A DNA stretch of 64,000 bases from Dicyema japonicum (taxonomy: Eukaryota > Animalia > Dicyemida): contig RDEW01000051.1 of assembly GCA_011109175.1 (NCBI GenBank), positions 242,685 to 306,684 on the forward strand, written 5' to 3'. This document shows positions 48,201 to 62,429 of this stretch, piece after piece (within the stretch, counting starts at the first letter, position 1; every line of letters starts with the position of its first letter). A model generated the notes under the pieces. That model was given only the letters and a program-made list of their open reading frames with translations. It did not search any database and was not told the origin of the DNA. A program made the position numbers and the translations under genes.

Positions 48201-49078
48201 TAAATTTATTGAATCAGAAAACCACCGTCCTAACCATTATTTAAAAATTAATTAAATTATGTTAATTAAATCCAGAATTTCCAGAATCCAGAATTTTGGA
48301 GTTTGTGGGTAGGAGAATCTATCAGATATATATTAATTTTGTTAAGTGAGTCGTAGTAGAATGAATTTCACGGAATCCATGTTGGAATACTCGATTTGGT
48401 ACAATATTTTTGATTCCTGTTAAGATTAATTTTTCCATAATTCGGGACAACGCACATAATATTGCAATTGGACGATAAGAAGAGGGATCGTTTGCAGGTT
48501 TGTTTGGGCTTCCATATAGAAGGTATCATATTGTTGTTCACAGATAGAGTATAAATGTATGATAGGAATTCGGTTGCTTTTTCACCAAGGTGTTTCAGTT
48601 CCATCATCGAGACATTGTCAGCACCTCGGGAACGGGAGTTTTTGAGATCCATGATTGCGTTTCGAACTTCTTGCGGAGTAAAGACAATCAAATCATATGA
48701 TGGATACAACTTCTGGCTGACTCTGTGTTCCCTCGAGAAATTTTTATGGCTGATTGCGACATAGTGTTTCATTAAAATATTTGGGTCGATGTTGCTACAT
48801 CTCTGTCCGTGGAAGGCTTTCTCAGAGCCTTCATTGCAACGTCTCAAATGTTTAATTTTCTTCCATATCAGCGTCTCGGATGTACTAGAGAATCAATAAG
48901 TGACGTCCATCGCTTCTTGATCCTAGATTGGGTAACTTGCTTAATTTGTATATTTAAGGTTTTCATTTTTTGGAAATAGTCATTTGATTAATCCTTTTGC
49001 TTCTTTAATTTATTTATTTCTCTGATAAGTGTTTTTGTATGCATACAATAGCTATTCCTTGTTTGATGACATCCCATT

Positions 49079-49401
49079 ATTAATTTATTAACCCCGGATA
49101 CACCGAGAAAGAAGGTTAAAGTAAACAACTAATTAAGTGTATCCAGTTTCCACTTCTACAGAAACAGAGTCCATCCGGAATCAGCATAAAAAATAAGACG
49201 TCCATTACATGCAGTTGTGGAAACCCCTCCAGTAGAGTGGGGGAGAGCAAATGATCCTTTTTCGTTCCGGCTTGACACTGGGCGTCACCTAGACAGGTGG
49301 ATCACATGACGCCACTCTAATATGAAGAGAGAAGAGGAACAAGCAAGCAGAAAACTTCAATCAATTAACCACGCAACACCAGCACCACATGGCGCCACGC
49401 G
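49079..49401 (-). mobile_element. Full-length SINE1 (about 323 bp) with diverged 14-bp TSD
   Basis: GATGACATCCCATT (49065-49078) vs GATGACTTCTCATT (49402-49415); head GCGTGGCGCCATGTGG; tail CTTTCTCGGTGTATCCGGGGTTAATAA. Confidence 0.85.
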
Positions 49402-49607
49402 GATGACTTCTCATTGGAATAAATAGTTTTCTTGCTTGGAGTATAATGTGGTCAATTGATGAGAGTACCAATGTGTGAAATACTTCCATATTGGTGTCGA
49501 TGTAATTAGAGAAGTTGGACCAATCCGCGGTTTTAAAGTTTAAAAAGTGGAATTCTCTGATAAATTTATTTTCAGTGATGATTTTTATCATGATAGGGTT
49601 GAGATCA

Positions 49608-49820
49608 CTTCTTAGTTCATATTTTACAGTCCAGTTGATGAGGGGGAACATTGATGGGGAACATAAAGAGAGGTCAGAAGATGTAGGTTTGTCTCCTGTT
49701 CGAGTAGGTGTTCTTCTTAGTTCATATTTTACAGTCCAGTTGATGAGGGGAAACATTGATGGGGAACATTAAGAGAGGTCAGAGGATGTAGGTTTGTCTC
49801 CTGTTCGAGTAGGTGTTCTT
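49608..49820. repeat. 105-bp in-frame tandem duplication within the LINE endonuclease
   Basis: Two near-identical units starting at 49608 and 49713; translation repeats MFPLINWTVKYELR. Confidence 0.9.
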
Positions 49821-50699
49821 GTGTTGCTTTTGGTGTTATTTAGTGTACAAAATTGTCCCAAATTTCTGGCCAGTAGGTTTCCTCTACTGTCTGGTTTCTG
49901 GCTTCATACTATAATTGATGTTTGGCGCTGATGTCACCGCATAGTAGTACGTTTTTGAGGTTTGAGAAATTCTGTAGGTTAGGGTAATACCCACATGGAG
50001 AGGAGCTAGTAGGTGGAATATATACATTGACAATATTTATAGTTTTCCTAGGAATTCTAGCATTTATGCCAATTAGTTCCAAAGGGTCATCTTCTGGATA
50101 GAGTTTTCGGATTTTGTTTGAAATATCTTCATATTGAATTCCATTTCTTATTGGTGTCATTAGTCCTCCACCAAGCTTTAATTTTTCTGTCTTTACAGAT
50201 AATGGAGTATCGGGGAAAGGTTGGGGTTTTCATTTCTATTGAGTAAGTGGCGGACTTCCAGCACCATGTCTCGTATTCCGTTAATATTGATCTGGACCAG
50301 GTTGAATTCAGGGATGGGTTGGATTTCGACATCTCCACACAAAATTAGAGTGTACCTGGAAAACCATCCTTCTTCATGGATAGACAGTTCATTTTAACAT
50401 CATGTGATCCATAACACCACCATACAAGTGAACCACGCCGTATGATATCTTCACTACGATTGAATGTTGTTTTTAGTTTTCTTTTTTCTGAGACGTTCAA
50501 ATATGAGACAAAATAAATAAATCAGTAATACTAGAATTCTTATCATTGATTTGTTTAATATTAATAAATTAATTATTAATAAATTTTTAAACTTGTTCAA
50601 CCTTGTAAGTAATGTTAATTCTTTGTTTTTAAATTTATCTTAGAAAAGTTAATTGAAGGTCAAATTTGAAGTTTTTCCAAGACTTCCCTTGTCTGTTTT

Positions 50700-51020
50700 A
50701 TAGCTGCGTGGCGCTATGTAGTGCTACAGGGCTAATTGATTCAAGTTTTCTGTTTGTTTTGTTTGCTCCTCCATTCCTCATTTTACTTTAGTGGCTTCAT
50801 GTGATCCACCTGTCTCAGGAGGCGCCTAGTGCCAGGCTGGCACCAAAAAGGATCATTTGCTCTCCCCCACTCCATCGGAGTGGTTTCCACATTTGCAATG
50901 AATGGACGTCTTTTACCTTTTATGCTGGTTTTGGATGGACATAGGTGACGTTGAGGGACTCTGTTTCTGTAGCAGCGGAAACTGGATACACTTAATCGTT
51001 TACTGTTAGCTTCTTTCTAT
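50700..51020 (+). mobile_element. SINE1 copy, inverted relative to 49079-49401
   Basis: GCGTGGCGCTATGTAGTG head; TCATGTGATCCACCTGTCTCAGG core; GGAAACTGGATACACTTAA. Confidence 0.85.
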
Positions 51021-51299
51021 AGAAATCCTTTATGAAGGTTGCTCTACGTCAACTTTAGTAGCGGGTACTTATTAAATACTGAACTTTATCAAATTTTTAG
51101 CTCTCTAAGGTTTTCCGATTAATGAACCTACATTGTAATATAGGGCTCCACCAATTTATGAAAAAATTCAAAACAGTTTCTCACTTCTTTTATGTGCTCA
51201 TTTGAGAAAAATATAAACCGCTTATAATAGGGCGGACAAAGTCGCCAAGAGCATTGAGAGGAGTAAATCTAAAAGCCATTGACATTGATGCTTCATACA

Positions 51300-52439
51300 A
51301 AGCTTGGAAGACAAAAATTAATTTTGGAAATTATTTATTTAACCAAGAAATTGGGGGGAAAAGAAAAATAGGTTATGGCTTGTTTTACTCCAAAAATACG
51401 ACAAATTGCTATAAAGTTCCTTGCCAACATTAACCACCACAGATTTCCCAAATGCTTGTGACATAACCCCAGGAAATAAACTATCAGCAAAACCGACTAC
51501 ATTCCGGTCGCAGTGATGAATCCGACTCTGTCGTTGCCTATAATTTTATTGACACGTTTTGCCTTGAATTTTAAACTTGTCAACAGTCTGTCACTAGCTG
51601 CACGTGTATGAGGTTAGTCAATTTGAAGGCTGAGAAAGAATGTAACAGTGAACCCCTTCATGAGCGGAGACCAATAAAATTAAATCAATCTTATTAAGTC
51701 GTTTTTTCTCGATTAAGTGTGGGAGTAATCGGTTACCATTCCGTTAGTAGATTACCTGATTTCCAAACAATCAAGTGAGCTAGCACGTGCATGACTCATA
51801 CACACTTCCTGTGCACCTTTTCCGATCTTCGACCTCATCATCAGAATATTTGAGGACCAGCTGTGAGAGGGGGACTTAGTACCAAACACTATAGAATGCC
51901 TTGGGGATATCCAGGCATATCAGATGCCCCCTGTTACTGATGTCCTCATCTCATTGCTGCGGGAGAAGAAAATACACTCTTCAATATGCAACACAGCCTC
52001 TTGAAGATAATCCGTTAGATATCGAGCATATCAGCCTATAGCTTAGAGGGTCCCTCCTCGATGTACCAGGTTAAGGACCATCAGAACTCTTCCACCAATC
52101 CTGAATATGTCCACACTTGATACTTGCGCTAAATAGATTTGTAGAACGAATAGTAGGCGTCCAACCTTCATTGAACAACCTCATGATAGTGAAGTCAAAA
52201 CCAGTGCATTGGCCTGCATTCTTTAATTGCCATCCTGATCTCCCTCACCGTGATCTCCTCAACAGCTCTGAGTCCGCCCAAAGAATATTTAATAAGCTTA
52301 ATTGAAATTTATAGGACCGACGCTTTGAATTTTGTCAAGTTGATCCTTGAATATTGGGGGAACATCCTCCATCTGGATTGTCCAGAAGAATCTTGTTTGC
52401 ATCCGGCACCATTTTTGTCTGCCAGGCTGTTGTATTCAT
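51300..52439 (-). CDS. Hypothetical multi-exon protein
   Basis: ATG after an AT-rich tract; exons LIKYSLGGLRAVEEIT/NAGQCTGFDFTIMRLFNEGWTPTIRSTNLFSA/RIGGRVLMVLNL, YARYLTDYLQEAVLHIEE, WSSNILMMRSKIGKGAQEV joined by 21-28-nt introns; family not recognised. Confidence 0.55.
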
Positions 52440-52506
52440 TTTTTACTTAAAAATTATGAAAATATATAATTAATTTTACTGTCTATTATGAATGTAAGTT
52501 TTTATT

Positions 52507-52730
52507 GTTAGGGTTGGATTTAAGGTTACGGTAAGGGTCGGGGTTATTTTGAAATTATGGTGAGATTTAGGGCTGCACTTAAGGTTTTGGTGATGTTGGG
52601 GGTTAAATTTAAAGTTATACTAGTCTTAAGGTTGAGGTGTAAGCTAAGGTTAGATTCAGGGTTATGGAAAGATTTAAGGTAAGTGATTGGCTTAGGTTAG
52701 ATTTGACGTCATGGTAGGGTTAGTTGGGGG
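52507..52730 (+). repeat. Degenerate TTAGGG/TTAAGG-like hexamer array
   Basis: 6-bp periodic GT-rich run (GTTAGG, GTAAGG, TTAGGG, TTAAGG, TAAGGT, TAGGTT, GGGTTA). Confidence 0.75.
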
Positions 52731-53259
52731 AAGATTGATCTGACCTATTAATCGCTCAGTGTAGGTTTGGCATTTGCAATGTATGTTTACAAATAGTGTT
52801 ATCTGGTTGTTTATCTTGATGGTTTCCAATTTATGGTATGTGGTTAGGGATCATTCACGCGTGAGATTGTTGTACGATAGAACCTTCCTAATCCGCCATA
52901 AAAGGGCTTAAAATACACAAATCCATAAGAAATTCTCGATTCTGACTATATATCTTAGGTGATTGGTAGACATATCTTCTCAAAATGCTTCGTCGATGAG
53001 TATTCTGTCACATAGATTCTTATTTTACTAAAGACTGTTAGCAAAAAGGCTTTCACCTCAAATCTTACCACTAATTGTATGCAAAGTGTGATACTACCAC
53101 GAAATGTAGATTATCACAAATCACGTTCCACACGAATGCAGATAATAAATTTTTAAAATTTCATTAAAATTTAATTATTTTTATTCATCAACTTATAATT
53201 TTGAATTTTCAATTACGAGGTCACTTTATGTGGATAATTTCGTTCAATATAAAAATTAA

Positions 53260-53500
53260 CCGGGTGGCATAGTGGTTAGGTGTCGGGCTAAAGTGGCTTA
53301 GGCTACGGGTTCGATTCTCGCTGCTGTTCACCTGGTGGAAAATTCCACGCATCTACGATGTGGAAAGGGCTTGACGAGTGACGCCGTCATCAGTGGATAC
53401 TCACTGCGGAACTGGATTGTCTAGAAAGGACCCACACACAAGAAAAAGAAATTAACTGTTCTTTACTTAAATAAAGATTGTGTCCTGCCTATGCGGAGCT
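53260..53500 (+). mobile_element. SINE2, intact copy
   Basis: GGCATAGTGGTTAGG..GGGTTCGATTCTCGC..TTCCACGCATCTACGATG..GACGAGTGACGCCGTCATCAGTGG..AAATAAA. Confidence 0.85.
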
Positions 53501-53559
53501 ATAAATATTATGGCTCTCGTGAAAAGGCTGCATTATTATTATAAAAATTAATAACCCCC

Positions 53560-53935
53560 GATATACGGGAAAGAGGTTAAGAGTTAATTAATTTCTAATT
53601 AGACTATATTCCAGCACAAGATTCATCTGACGGATCTCTGGGAGAATATGCTCTCAGCTGTGACGTTCTTGTTAGCCTCATGTTTCTTTCACTCAAGGGG
53701 ACCGGAGATAAATAGGGTATATTCAGTTCCCACGGTCGGAGTGAGACACGTCCTTTCCAAGCAACCAGTCCACTCAGGAACACCAATGAAGTAGGGAAGA
53801 GAGCGATCTTTGGATCCCACTACATAGGCGTCTCTTGAGACAGCTGGGTCACATGACGTCTCTTAGTATCATAAGCAGGCATAAGGCGGTAAGAAATCCT
53901 TGGACGGCGTGGGAATCGAACCCACAAAGGACCCT
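53560..53935 (-). mobile_element. SINE1 copy with tRNA T-arm-like head and extra 3' segment
   Basis: GTGGGTTCGATTCCCACGCC; core GACGTCATGTGACCCAGCTGTCTCAAG; TCTCACTCCGACCGTGGGAACTG; tail CGGGGGTTATTAA. Confidence 0.75.
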
Positions 53936-53990
53936 TATCTATAATATAATAATCAGCGGAAATATAAGTGGAAACACGTGAATTATTTAA

Positions 53991-55911
53991 ATGAACAGAA
54001 TACTTTCAGCATTCACCAAAAAAAGCTTCACCGAAACAGTAACAAATTTAGAACCACGGAACCGTTATATTACTCTATTTCAGCTGACATTGATGAGTTC
54101 TTGTTGTCGTCAATTTAGCCGTCGGTTGTATCATGGGGTCAGGAGTCTACATGGCTTCGGGGATTATGATCAACAAGCAGGCGGGACCTTCTTCAATATT
54201 TTCATTTTTATTCGCCGGAATTATGGCCATTTTGTTCGGTATTTGTGCCTTTTGTAACCACAGGACTCATCTACGCGGAAGTGGGGACCAGGATGCCAAG
54301 GTCAGGCTCGTTCTATGCATTTGGATGCGCCGTTTACGGGGATATGATAGGATTCATCATCGGCATGCATTTTTTCGTATCATATACGTTTGGTTTGTGC
54401 ACGTGGTTATCATAAGCTGGGGTCACAGTAGTTAAGTCATTGTCGTTCTACATCGACTCTCTGTGCTACAATGCGATATCTCATTATTTCTCGACTGTCA
54501 GACTCCCAGATTCCTACTATTTTGAGGATTCCCTGAACCCCATGCCGCTGTTCATAGTCATTTTACTAGCCTGTTGCTGCCTTGGCTTATTCCTAGTCAT
54601 GTTCGTTTTTAAATCAGAAAATTCAACCAAAGTGGCTATTATCCTCGTTTTTATCAATCTTCTTGTGCTGCTGACTGTCATAATTGGGGGGTCTCAGCTA
54701 ACCAATCCTACGAATTGGAGTTTGAACGCAGTACTTGTATTTGATCATATTAGCCTAACAAAACGGACAAAACCAGTTTTGGAAATGGGGGATTCATGCC
54801 ATACGGGGTCTCTGGGATATTTGTGGCTTCTCTGGGGGCCTTCTTTTCTTTATCGGGGGTTGAAATAATCGCCGTCATCGGTTTGTGATTTAAATTCATA
54901 GGAAGCTGGAGACGTGATAGATCCCATCAAGACTATCCCCAGGAGTACTATTCTGTCCATTTTGATAGCGACTATTGCCTACATTTCGACCACCGCCGTC
55001 ATCTCCCTGATGATGCCGTATTATAAGATCGACGTGAAGGCCCCATACTCAGTGGCATTTTTCAAAAAGGGGAACATGGCGCTAAGCTACATCGTCTCGG
55101 TGGGATGCATTTGTGGATTGGCCTCAAAGTCGTAGTTCTGCCTCATTTCCAGTTTATATGGCACCATTTTTTCGGCTGCCAGGCTGTTGTACTCAATGAT
55201 CCTCGACGGGTTCCTTAAAAAGCTGCTGTATCACACAAGCGGAGACAAGATGATCCGCAATTCCAGTTTACTGTTCTGTCTTGTAATAGGTTTATGTTAT
55301 TCTCAACTCAAGGCCTGTTATCCATTTTCATCACCACTGAGACAGCCCTGGGGATCAGCGAGATCTCCGTTCTGGTCCCGACCATCATCCTGGATATCAT
55401 GATAATCAATATCCGGTAGTGTTGCATCACGTACCTCAGATATTCGAGGAAACCATTCCTTCATAAGAGAGATGACGAATGCGAAGATCTGTTGACAGAG
55501 AAACAGATAATAATCGCACGTGTCATGACCGCTATTGCTAGTATTTTTGCAAAGTCTTAAATAAGCCTTATTCTCCCTGGCAACTTCTATTTTGATTCGG
55601 TTTCTCCGTCGAATCTTTCTCTGCGATATTCCGCCATCTCTTTGCTAGTTTCAACGTGCGTTGCCTCCCTCATTGCAGTCCACAGACTCCCGAAGATAGA
55701 AGACAGTCAAGTCTACATGGTCTTAATTCTCGAATTCTTGTAGACTCCAATGATTCCCTTTCTTCCGATACTCTCCAATTTCTTCATATTTATTCTCCTC
55801 GTTTACATTGATGAAGTGACTTGGAAGTCCTACCTTATCATTTTCGCCCTGAGTAAGGGGGTTGCTGATGGTTTTAGTATTTATCGTTTACTTGGTTTCA
55901 ACAGTAATTGA
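53991..55911 (+). CDS. Cationic amino-acid transporter (SLC7A1-4/APC family)
   Basis: GSGVYMASG..QAGPSSIFSFLFAG, IYAEVGTRMPRSGSFY, IDPIKTIPRSTILS, KAPYSVAF, YIVSVGCICGL, MYSMILDG, C-terminal TPMIPFLPILS; micro-introns. Confidence 0.9.
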
Positions 55912-56039
55912 TGTCATGAGGCAGTTAAAGAACGAGAAATTCGAAAATAGGACACAAAATTAATTTTATTAATACTTTTAATTTACGTTATTAATAATTT
56001 TAATATTAATTTTTTCCCACTGTCGTGCACATTTCCCGA

Positions 56040-56400
56040 GGAATGCCTGTTTCAACGTGACGTTGGAAAAGGCACTTTCCTCTGCTGGCCGCCACTGCAT
56101 TTTGGAGCCGACTGGTCTCACCCGAGAGGATGGTAGCATTCCCTTTTGCTAACCTGGTTTGGGACGCTACATGTGTGGATACCTAATCTCCGAAGAATTT
56201 GGAAGCTTCAGTCTCGGACCCAGGTTATCCTTCTAAACAATCCGAGGGTCAGAAGAGAAGGAAGTATAGAAGCATATCAGAGGATCACATGTTTATCCCA
56301 TTTGCTGTTGAGACGTCAGGAATCCTTGACTCATAAGCGGACGATCTAGTCCGCATGATCGGCTCAATGATCCAAAGGGATCCAGATGCAGGGGAGTCAT
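56040..56400 (+). mobile_element. CRE-like element 3' fragment
   Basis: GSIPFC.LVWDATCVDT and FIPFAVETSG motifs. Confidence 0.7.
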
Positions 56401-56409
56401 TTACTTTGA

Positions 56410-57500
56410 TGTCCAATCGCTTCTTTGTTGTCAACAAAAGTCAGTACCACAGCTTCTTTCACCTCGTTTGTCAGGAATTTCTCTTCAATGCTGATCAAAG
56501 GTAAACTTGAAAGGCTGATTTGACATCGAAGACCTCAAATATGTTTGTATGTCTTAAATTCGAAAAAGAACGTTCTCAGCTAGAATTGAGTACCCAACTG
56601 TGAGTAATAAACGAATGCAAAAAGTTGGAAAAACGTCCCATCCAAGCTCAACTAATGAAGCAAGAAAATCCCTCCCATTTTTTGGAAAAGTTATTTTCCA
56701 CCTCGGAAAAGTGTATGACATTCGACGATTTCTAGATAGAGAGAAGAAGAGATCTCGTCAGTCTCAAATGGTTAGCTGACACTGTCGTTTAAGGTTTTCA
56801 AATGTTCCTTGTTTTCAGCATCAATTGAATCCAGCTTTACCAAGAATGACAACTTCACAGCGAGCCTACGAATGGTCTTCAGTCTCTTGGCGATTTCATT
56901 TATTGTTCTTTTTTATTTCATCGACTTCTGATAAGCCTTCGACTTTCGCACTCTTTCCAGGCATCATTTTCTTTCGCCTGACTCTTGGCAAGGGTACATT
57001 CTACTTCTGACAGTATTCTGATGCCGAACCGACTGTCATCTGCTAATGTCCTCAGATTTCTTTTTCTCATTCAAAATATGTTCACAGGATTTCTGATGCC
57101 CGTCGATTAAAACACGTGCGCCCCAATTATTCAGCGGTGTCAATAGAACATGGTGATCGCTAGCAGTCGATCTTGTCTATAGTGAAAAAAATCGACAAAA
57201 AAGTGAGCATAGCTTAATAACGTGAACTCTTCCACACGAGACTGGATGGCTATCGAGTCAGAGTTTTTTGATAGAAAAATGATTTTAAAATAAATTTGAG
57301 TCGTAAAGATTATTCTCCTAATTGCCACGGCTTTCTGTGTTTTTGTTCAGAAATCTTGAAAACGTATCAAGCGAATCAGTCCTAAAGGATACCTTGCGTC
57401 CCTTTGAGACATTTTCATGGCCACCTCCGGAAAACAGTGGGATCGCTGATGAATCTTCTAGGAGAAATTGTTAGAAGCTGGGATCACTCAGTTAGTTGGC
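56410..57500 (-). CDS. Hypothetical gene
   Basis: Open stretches GLRCQISLSSLPLISIEEKFLTNEVKEAV and RVRRKKMMPGKSAKVEGLSEVDEIKK with intron-like GT..AAG; model unresolved. Confidence 0.3.
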
Positions 57501-57839
57501 TTAACGCTATCTTTTTTGTGGTCTTTGGGTTTTAAATATACAAGAATCATCAATACATATTGGGGGAAACAAGGTCAATAGGTGATCCCCACTACCCCTA
57601 GTAGCCTTTTACAGGATTCGACGCACTCTATCTACTCGATTATGAGAGTTGTACTCAATATTGTGATGTCAATGAAAAGATGCTGAGTTTTTTTTCTCTT
57701 ATTTACAAAACGCCCGATTCAGCGATAAGAACTCAAAATGAACTTATTCTTGCATTGAAAGTGATTTTGTCGGTTTAAACCAAATTTTTATAGTTTTAGG
57801 CGTTAAAACTTCTGCCGTGCTTTATTGGGTTAATAGGGC

Positions 57840-58260
57840 GGCTTGCAGCAAGGGAGAGTCTAGATTGGCACGATGGCTTTCCAGAACATTGGGTTTGCGA
57901 TCATGATGAGTAACTCCCATTGCGTGCTCAATAAATGGGGGATTGCGAAAACTGAAGGAAACCTTGCTTGTATGCAATGGGACACGAAACGAGATTACGC
58001 CTATACAACGCGTCGGTCAAGCATGTAGTGCTCTACAACGCGAGCACGTGGGTCTGTTCAGAGACCGACTCTTTCCACCGAACGCAATTGAGGCAAACAA
58101 TGTCTCCGCTCTGAGAATGGGTTTGGGGCCCCATATAATGCGGCCATGGAGAACTTCTCGTCTGACAACCCCGATTCGTGGACAACCGAGAACCTCCTAA
58201 AGGTTGGGAGAAGATCTGGGTTGAATACGAGAGCTTACGTAATTTATGTCTTTAATCCTT
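57840..58260 (+). mobile_element. RTE-clade fragment
   Basis: RLRLYNASVKHVVLYNASTW, DSFHRTQLR. Confidence 0.75.
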
Positions 58261-58479
58261 ATTTTCCCGCTTTATTTCTTTCTCAATTCATCTCGTTCAG
58301 TTTACATCTCATTTTGATCGGAAACTATAAAACTAATCAATAATAGGAGTTATGCAGGAAATAGCTCTTCCCTTTAATATTTCCTGTCTCCTTATTGCCA
58401 CTCCTTTTTGCATGTGAAAAGGGAGTGGCCACTTTAATAGCCCAATCAACAGTCACTAGTTAGAGTAGGGTTAACTTTA

Positions 58480-59665
<1,186 letters not shown>

Positions 59666-60829
59666 TTAAAATTATCGTTAAATTATGTATTTATAGGCCT
59701 AGTTACTACGCCGTCAATGTACGTTAATGGCCATTTACCAGAATTTAGAGTATTCTTTATTTTAATTACTAACAGCTCATTCACTGGTTGGTCAATCAAG
59801 TTTACGTTTACTTGGTAATACTAGTATGCAATAAAATTCTTAAAAAGCTGATAAAATAGTTTATCTGTCGATGCTGGATGATAAAATAGTTTACCTCTCC
59901 GAGTCTGTCGGCAGTTTATCAGGCAACTCTCGTTTACGAGGTAGGGCCGTGCCAAGCGGTGCTTGGTCTATGGCAATCTTTCGCAAGTCGTCTGTCGTTC
60001 AGGAAGCTGTCTACAAAATTATTGGAGCAAACTTCAAGTCCATTCCTCTCGAGGCACATCTTGTTGAACGACATCCACCATACAAGTCAGTCCCTTAAAC
60101 AAAATCTTGTTCAAATACCTTAAAACCCACTATAAATACGAGGTAGCGTCATGTCAAATAAAAAGGGTAATACAGGATCCCCGTCTTCGTCAGTCTCGTC
60201 TATATACGTACCCTAAGGATAGATACTCACTCAAAGACTCTATTCAGTTCTTAATAAGCTCTTCAGTTCTCCCAGTCTGTGAACTTTAGTAAGGACCAAC
60301 ACAAGAGGACAGACCTGTAATAAGGGTTAGACATTTTATAAGAGAGTCATCACCTCTGCCGTCTTAAGTCTCCCAAAAAGTACCTCAAATTAACTAACAG
60401 CCATATTTTATTCAAATGTCACAGATATACCCATTTCCAAGTAAAATAATTGGAACTGTTACATCATAACCAATGAATAAAATTAGCTATGATTCAGAAC
60501 TAATGGATGACTTGGTCTTCCTTCTCCAATTGACGGATTAGTATAGAACAAGTGAGGACGCAGGAGACATTGAAAATCAAATTTTGAACTAAGAAGTGCA
60601 CGAAGAATCCAGGTTCAAATCGCCTCCGAGAAGTGAAAGAGCTTCTCGTATAGGATGGGAGTCAACATGGTAAAAATAAAACTAATCATTTCAAAAATGC
60701 TGAAATTAGCTTATTCAGTTCAAAAGAGTACGGACTGCACTCAATCGTATGTTGCCTATTCAACATAATTCGACCAAAGACGTAGGGTAAATCAATTTTC
60801 CCTACAAAACGATTTATCAATAAACTTTC

Positions 60830-61935
60830 CAACATACATCATAGCCATGTCAAAAACATATTCAGTTGTCGAACAGGTACCACGTCATTTTACAAATTAG
60901 TTCTCTATTCCTGCTGAGAAACTCCTTGTCAGCACAAAAATTAAACTACGTTCTTCGGGGGATCCTGTTACTTGAAAATGCAACACTATCGATTTTCTCT
61001 GCCGGACGACTATCGAACGTCTTACAAATGTTAAATTTGACGACCAAGGAAGGGACCAAGTAACCTTACCCGCTAGCTTTGGTGGACTGGGAATCCCCTC
61101 ACCAAAAGATTTAGCTCGCCCTGCGTATCTGTCCTCATTTTGCTCCAATCAGCTATTGATCAAGATGATTCTCCAACTCCCAACAGAATCGTCGGAGATC
61201 AGAGATATGGAGCATCTGAGAGTCAACATACCTAAGCAGAAGGGTCCATCTAATAAGATATATATGAGAGGCTTCTGAACCAACCAAACCAACACCGACG
61301 TGCCTGTCTAGTCGATGGAAGGTGCGAATGGAGTGGCGCTTGGATCAATGCCCTCCTGGTCGGTAGCGTCGAGACCCACCTTGTGACGAGACTGTCCGCA
61401 CTAGTATCTCCATCAGACTTGGACTAAAAATTTTCCAGACTCACAAGTACCGGTGCGGTGGTACCGTCGACTGTATGGAGATCATGCGCTTTCATTCCGA
61501 AGAAGTGCAGGACAATTCCAAGACATATGGCGATCAACAGAATTGTTAAGCGAGCCCTGGAGTCTGTTGGATACCCCTCCATACTTGAACCTGTTAGCTT
61601 GGATAGAGGAGACGGGATACGGCTGGACGGAATCACAATTTTTCCATTCGAGGAGGGGGGACCCTTTGATCCAACATTGTTGAGAGCGCGGTAGACACAC
61701 TGTATGCCGTGGAAAAAAACAATGAAAGCAAAGGAGAAAAAATACGAAGCGTTGCATGATCGGTTCACGTTCTGCTCCATCATAGTTGATACAAAAGAAT
61801 AAGCGGGAAATTTTTTCGTTTCCTAAAGAAACTTGGACGTCTAGCTACACTAAAAAGCCACAACACATGTGAGGCTCTGTGGCTTCTCCAGTTGATCTCT
61901 GTTTCAATCGTGAAAGACAATGCAACGTCGATTTT
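60830..61935 (+). mobile_element. CRE-like non-LTR retrotransposon, longest copy (RT thumb, zinc knuckle, RLE)
   Basis: LLRNSLSAQKLNYVLR, LPASFGGLGIPS, SGAWINAL, GDHALS..RHMAINRIVKRALESVGYPSILEP, DGITIFPF, KKYEAL, QLISVSIVKDNA. Confidence 0.85.
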
Positions 61936-62084
61936 TGATTGATTTTTTGTTTTACAAATTCAAATTAAATTTCATTAATTTTTATTAAAATTAGATAAAA
62001 AGACCACAACAGATAAAAATATTAATAAAAACCAAAAATTTTAAATTAAAATTAATTAAATAAAAACCACAAAGAAATAAAATA

Positions 62085-62390
62085 CAACTCTTCTACCTGG
62101 GACTCACTATTTGATCACATCTTAAGTATGGACATGAATAATCCCGCTAATCTCGCGATGGACACCACTATGCTCCTCATCCGGGATCGACTTTCCGTGG
62201 AAGACCACGAATCACTCTACCAACCTTTCTACATCAAGACCTAACTTCGATTGGGAAAAGGTAGACGTCGGCAGATGATCTTGAGCACCTGAGGGACCCA
62301 TCGAGGAACAGAGGGAACTGAAAGCGATTAACAAAACGCATCCAAGAGAGGGTGGCACAAGCGAGATAACTTTAACGTTGTTTTGCGGTG
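62085..62390 (+). mobile_element. RTE-clade 3' fragment
   Basis: LFDHILSMDMNNPANLAM, FRGRPRITLPTFLHQDL, ADDLEHLR. Confidence 0.75.
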
Positions 62391-62429
62391 TGCTTATTAA
62401 TAATAAAGAAATAAAATTCACAAGCCACT

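Larger units (their letters stand above)
48350..50340 (-). mobile_element. Jockey/I-like LINE: APE endonuclease plus RT N-terminus, interrupted by SINE1
   Basis: YSICRKDR..GGGL, INIVNVYIPP, LLCGDISA, FTPQEVRNAIMDLKNSRSRGADNVS, IPSIWK. Confidence 0.85.

Noticed and set aside
53890-53935. tRNA gene candidates (also 20705, 28590, 38985, 46250, 46940, 53270)
   Set aside because: Only A/B boxes or T-arms; no pairing acceptor stem or full cloverleaf; embedded in repeated SINE bodies.
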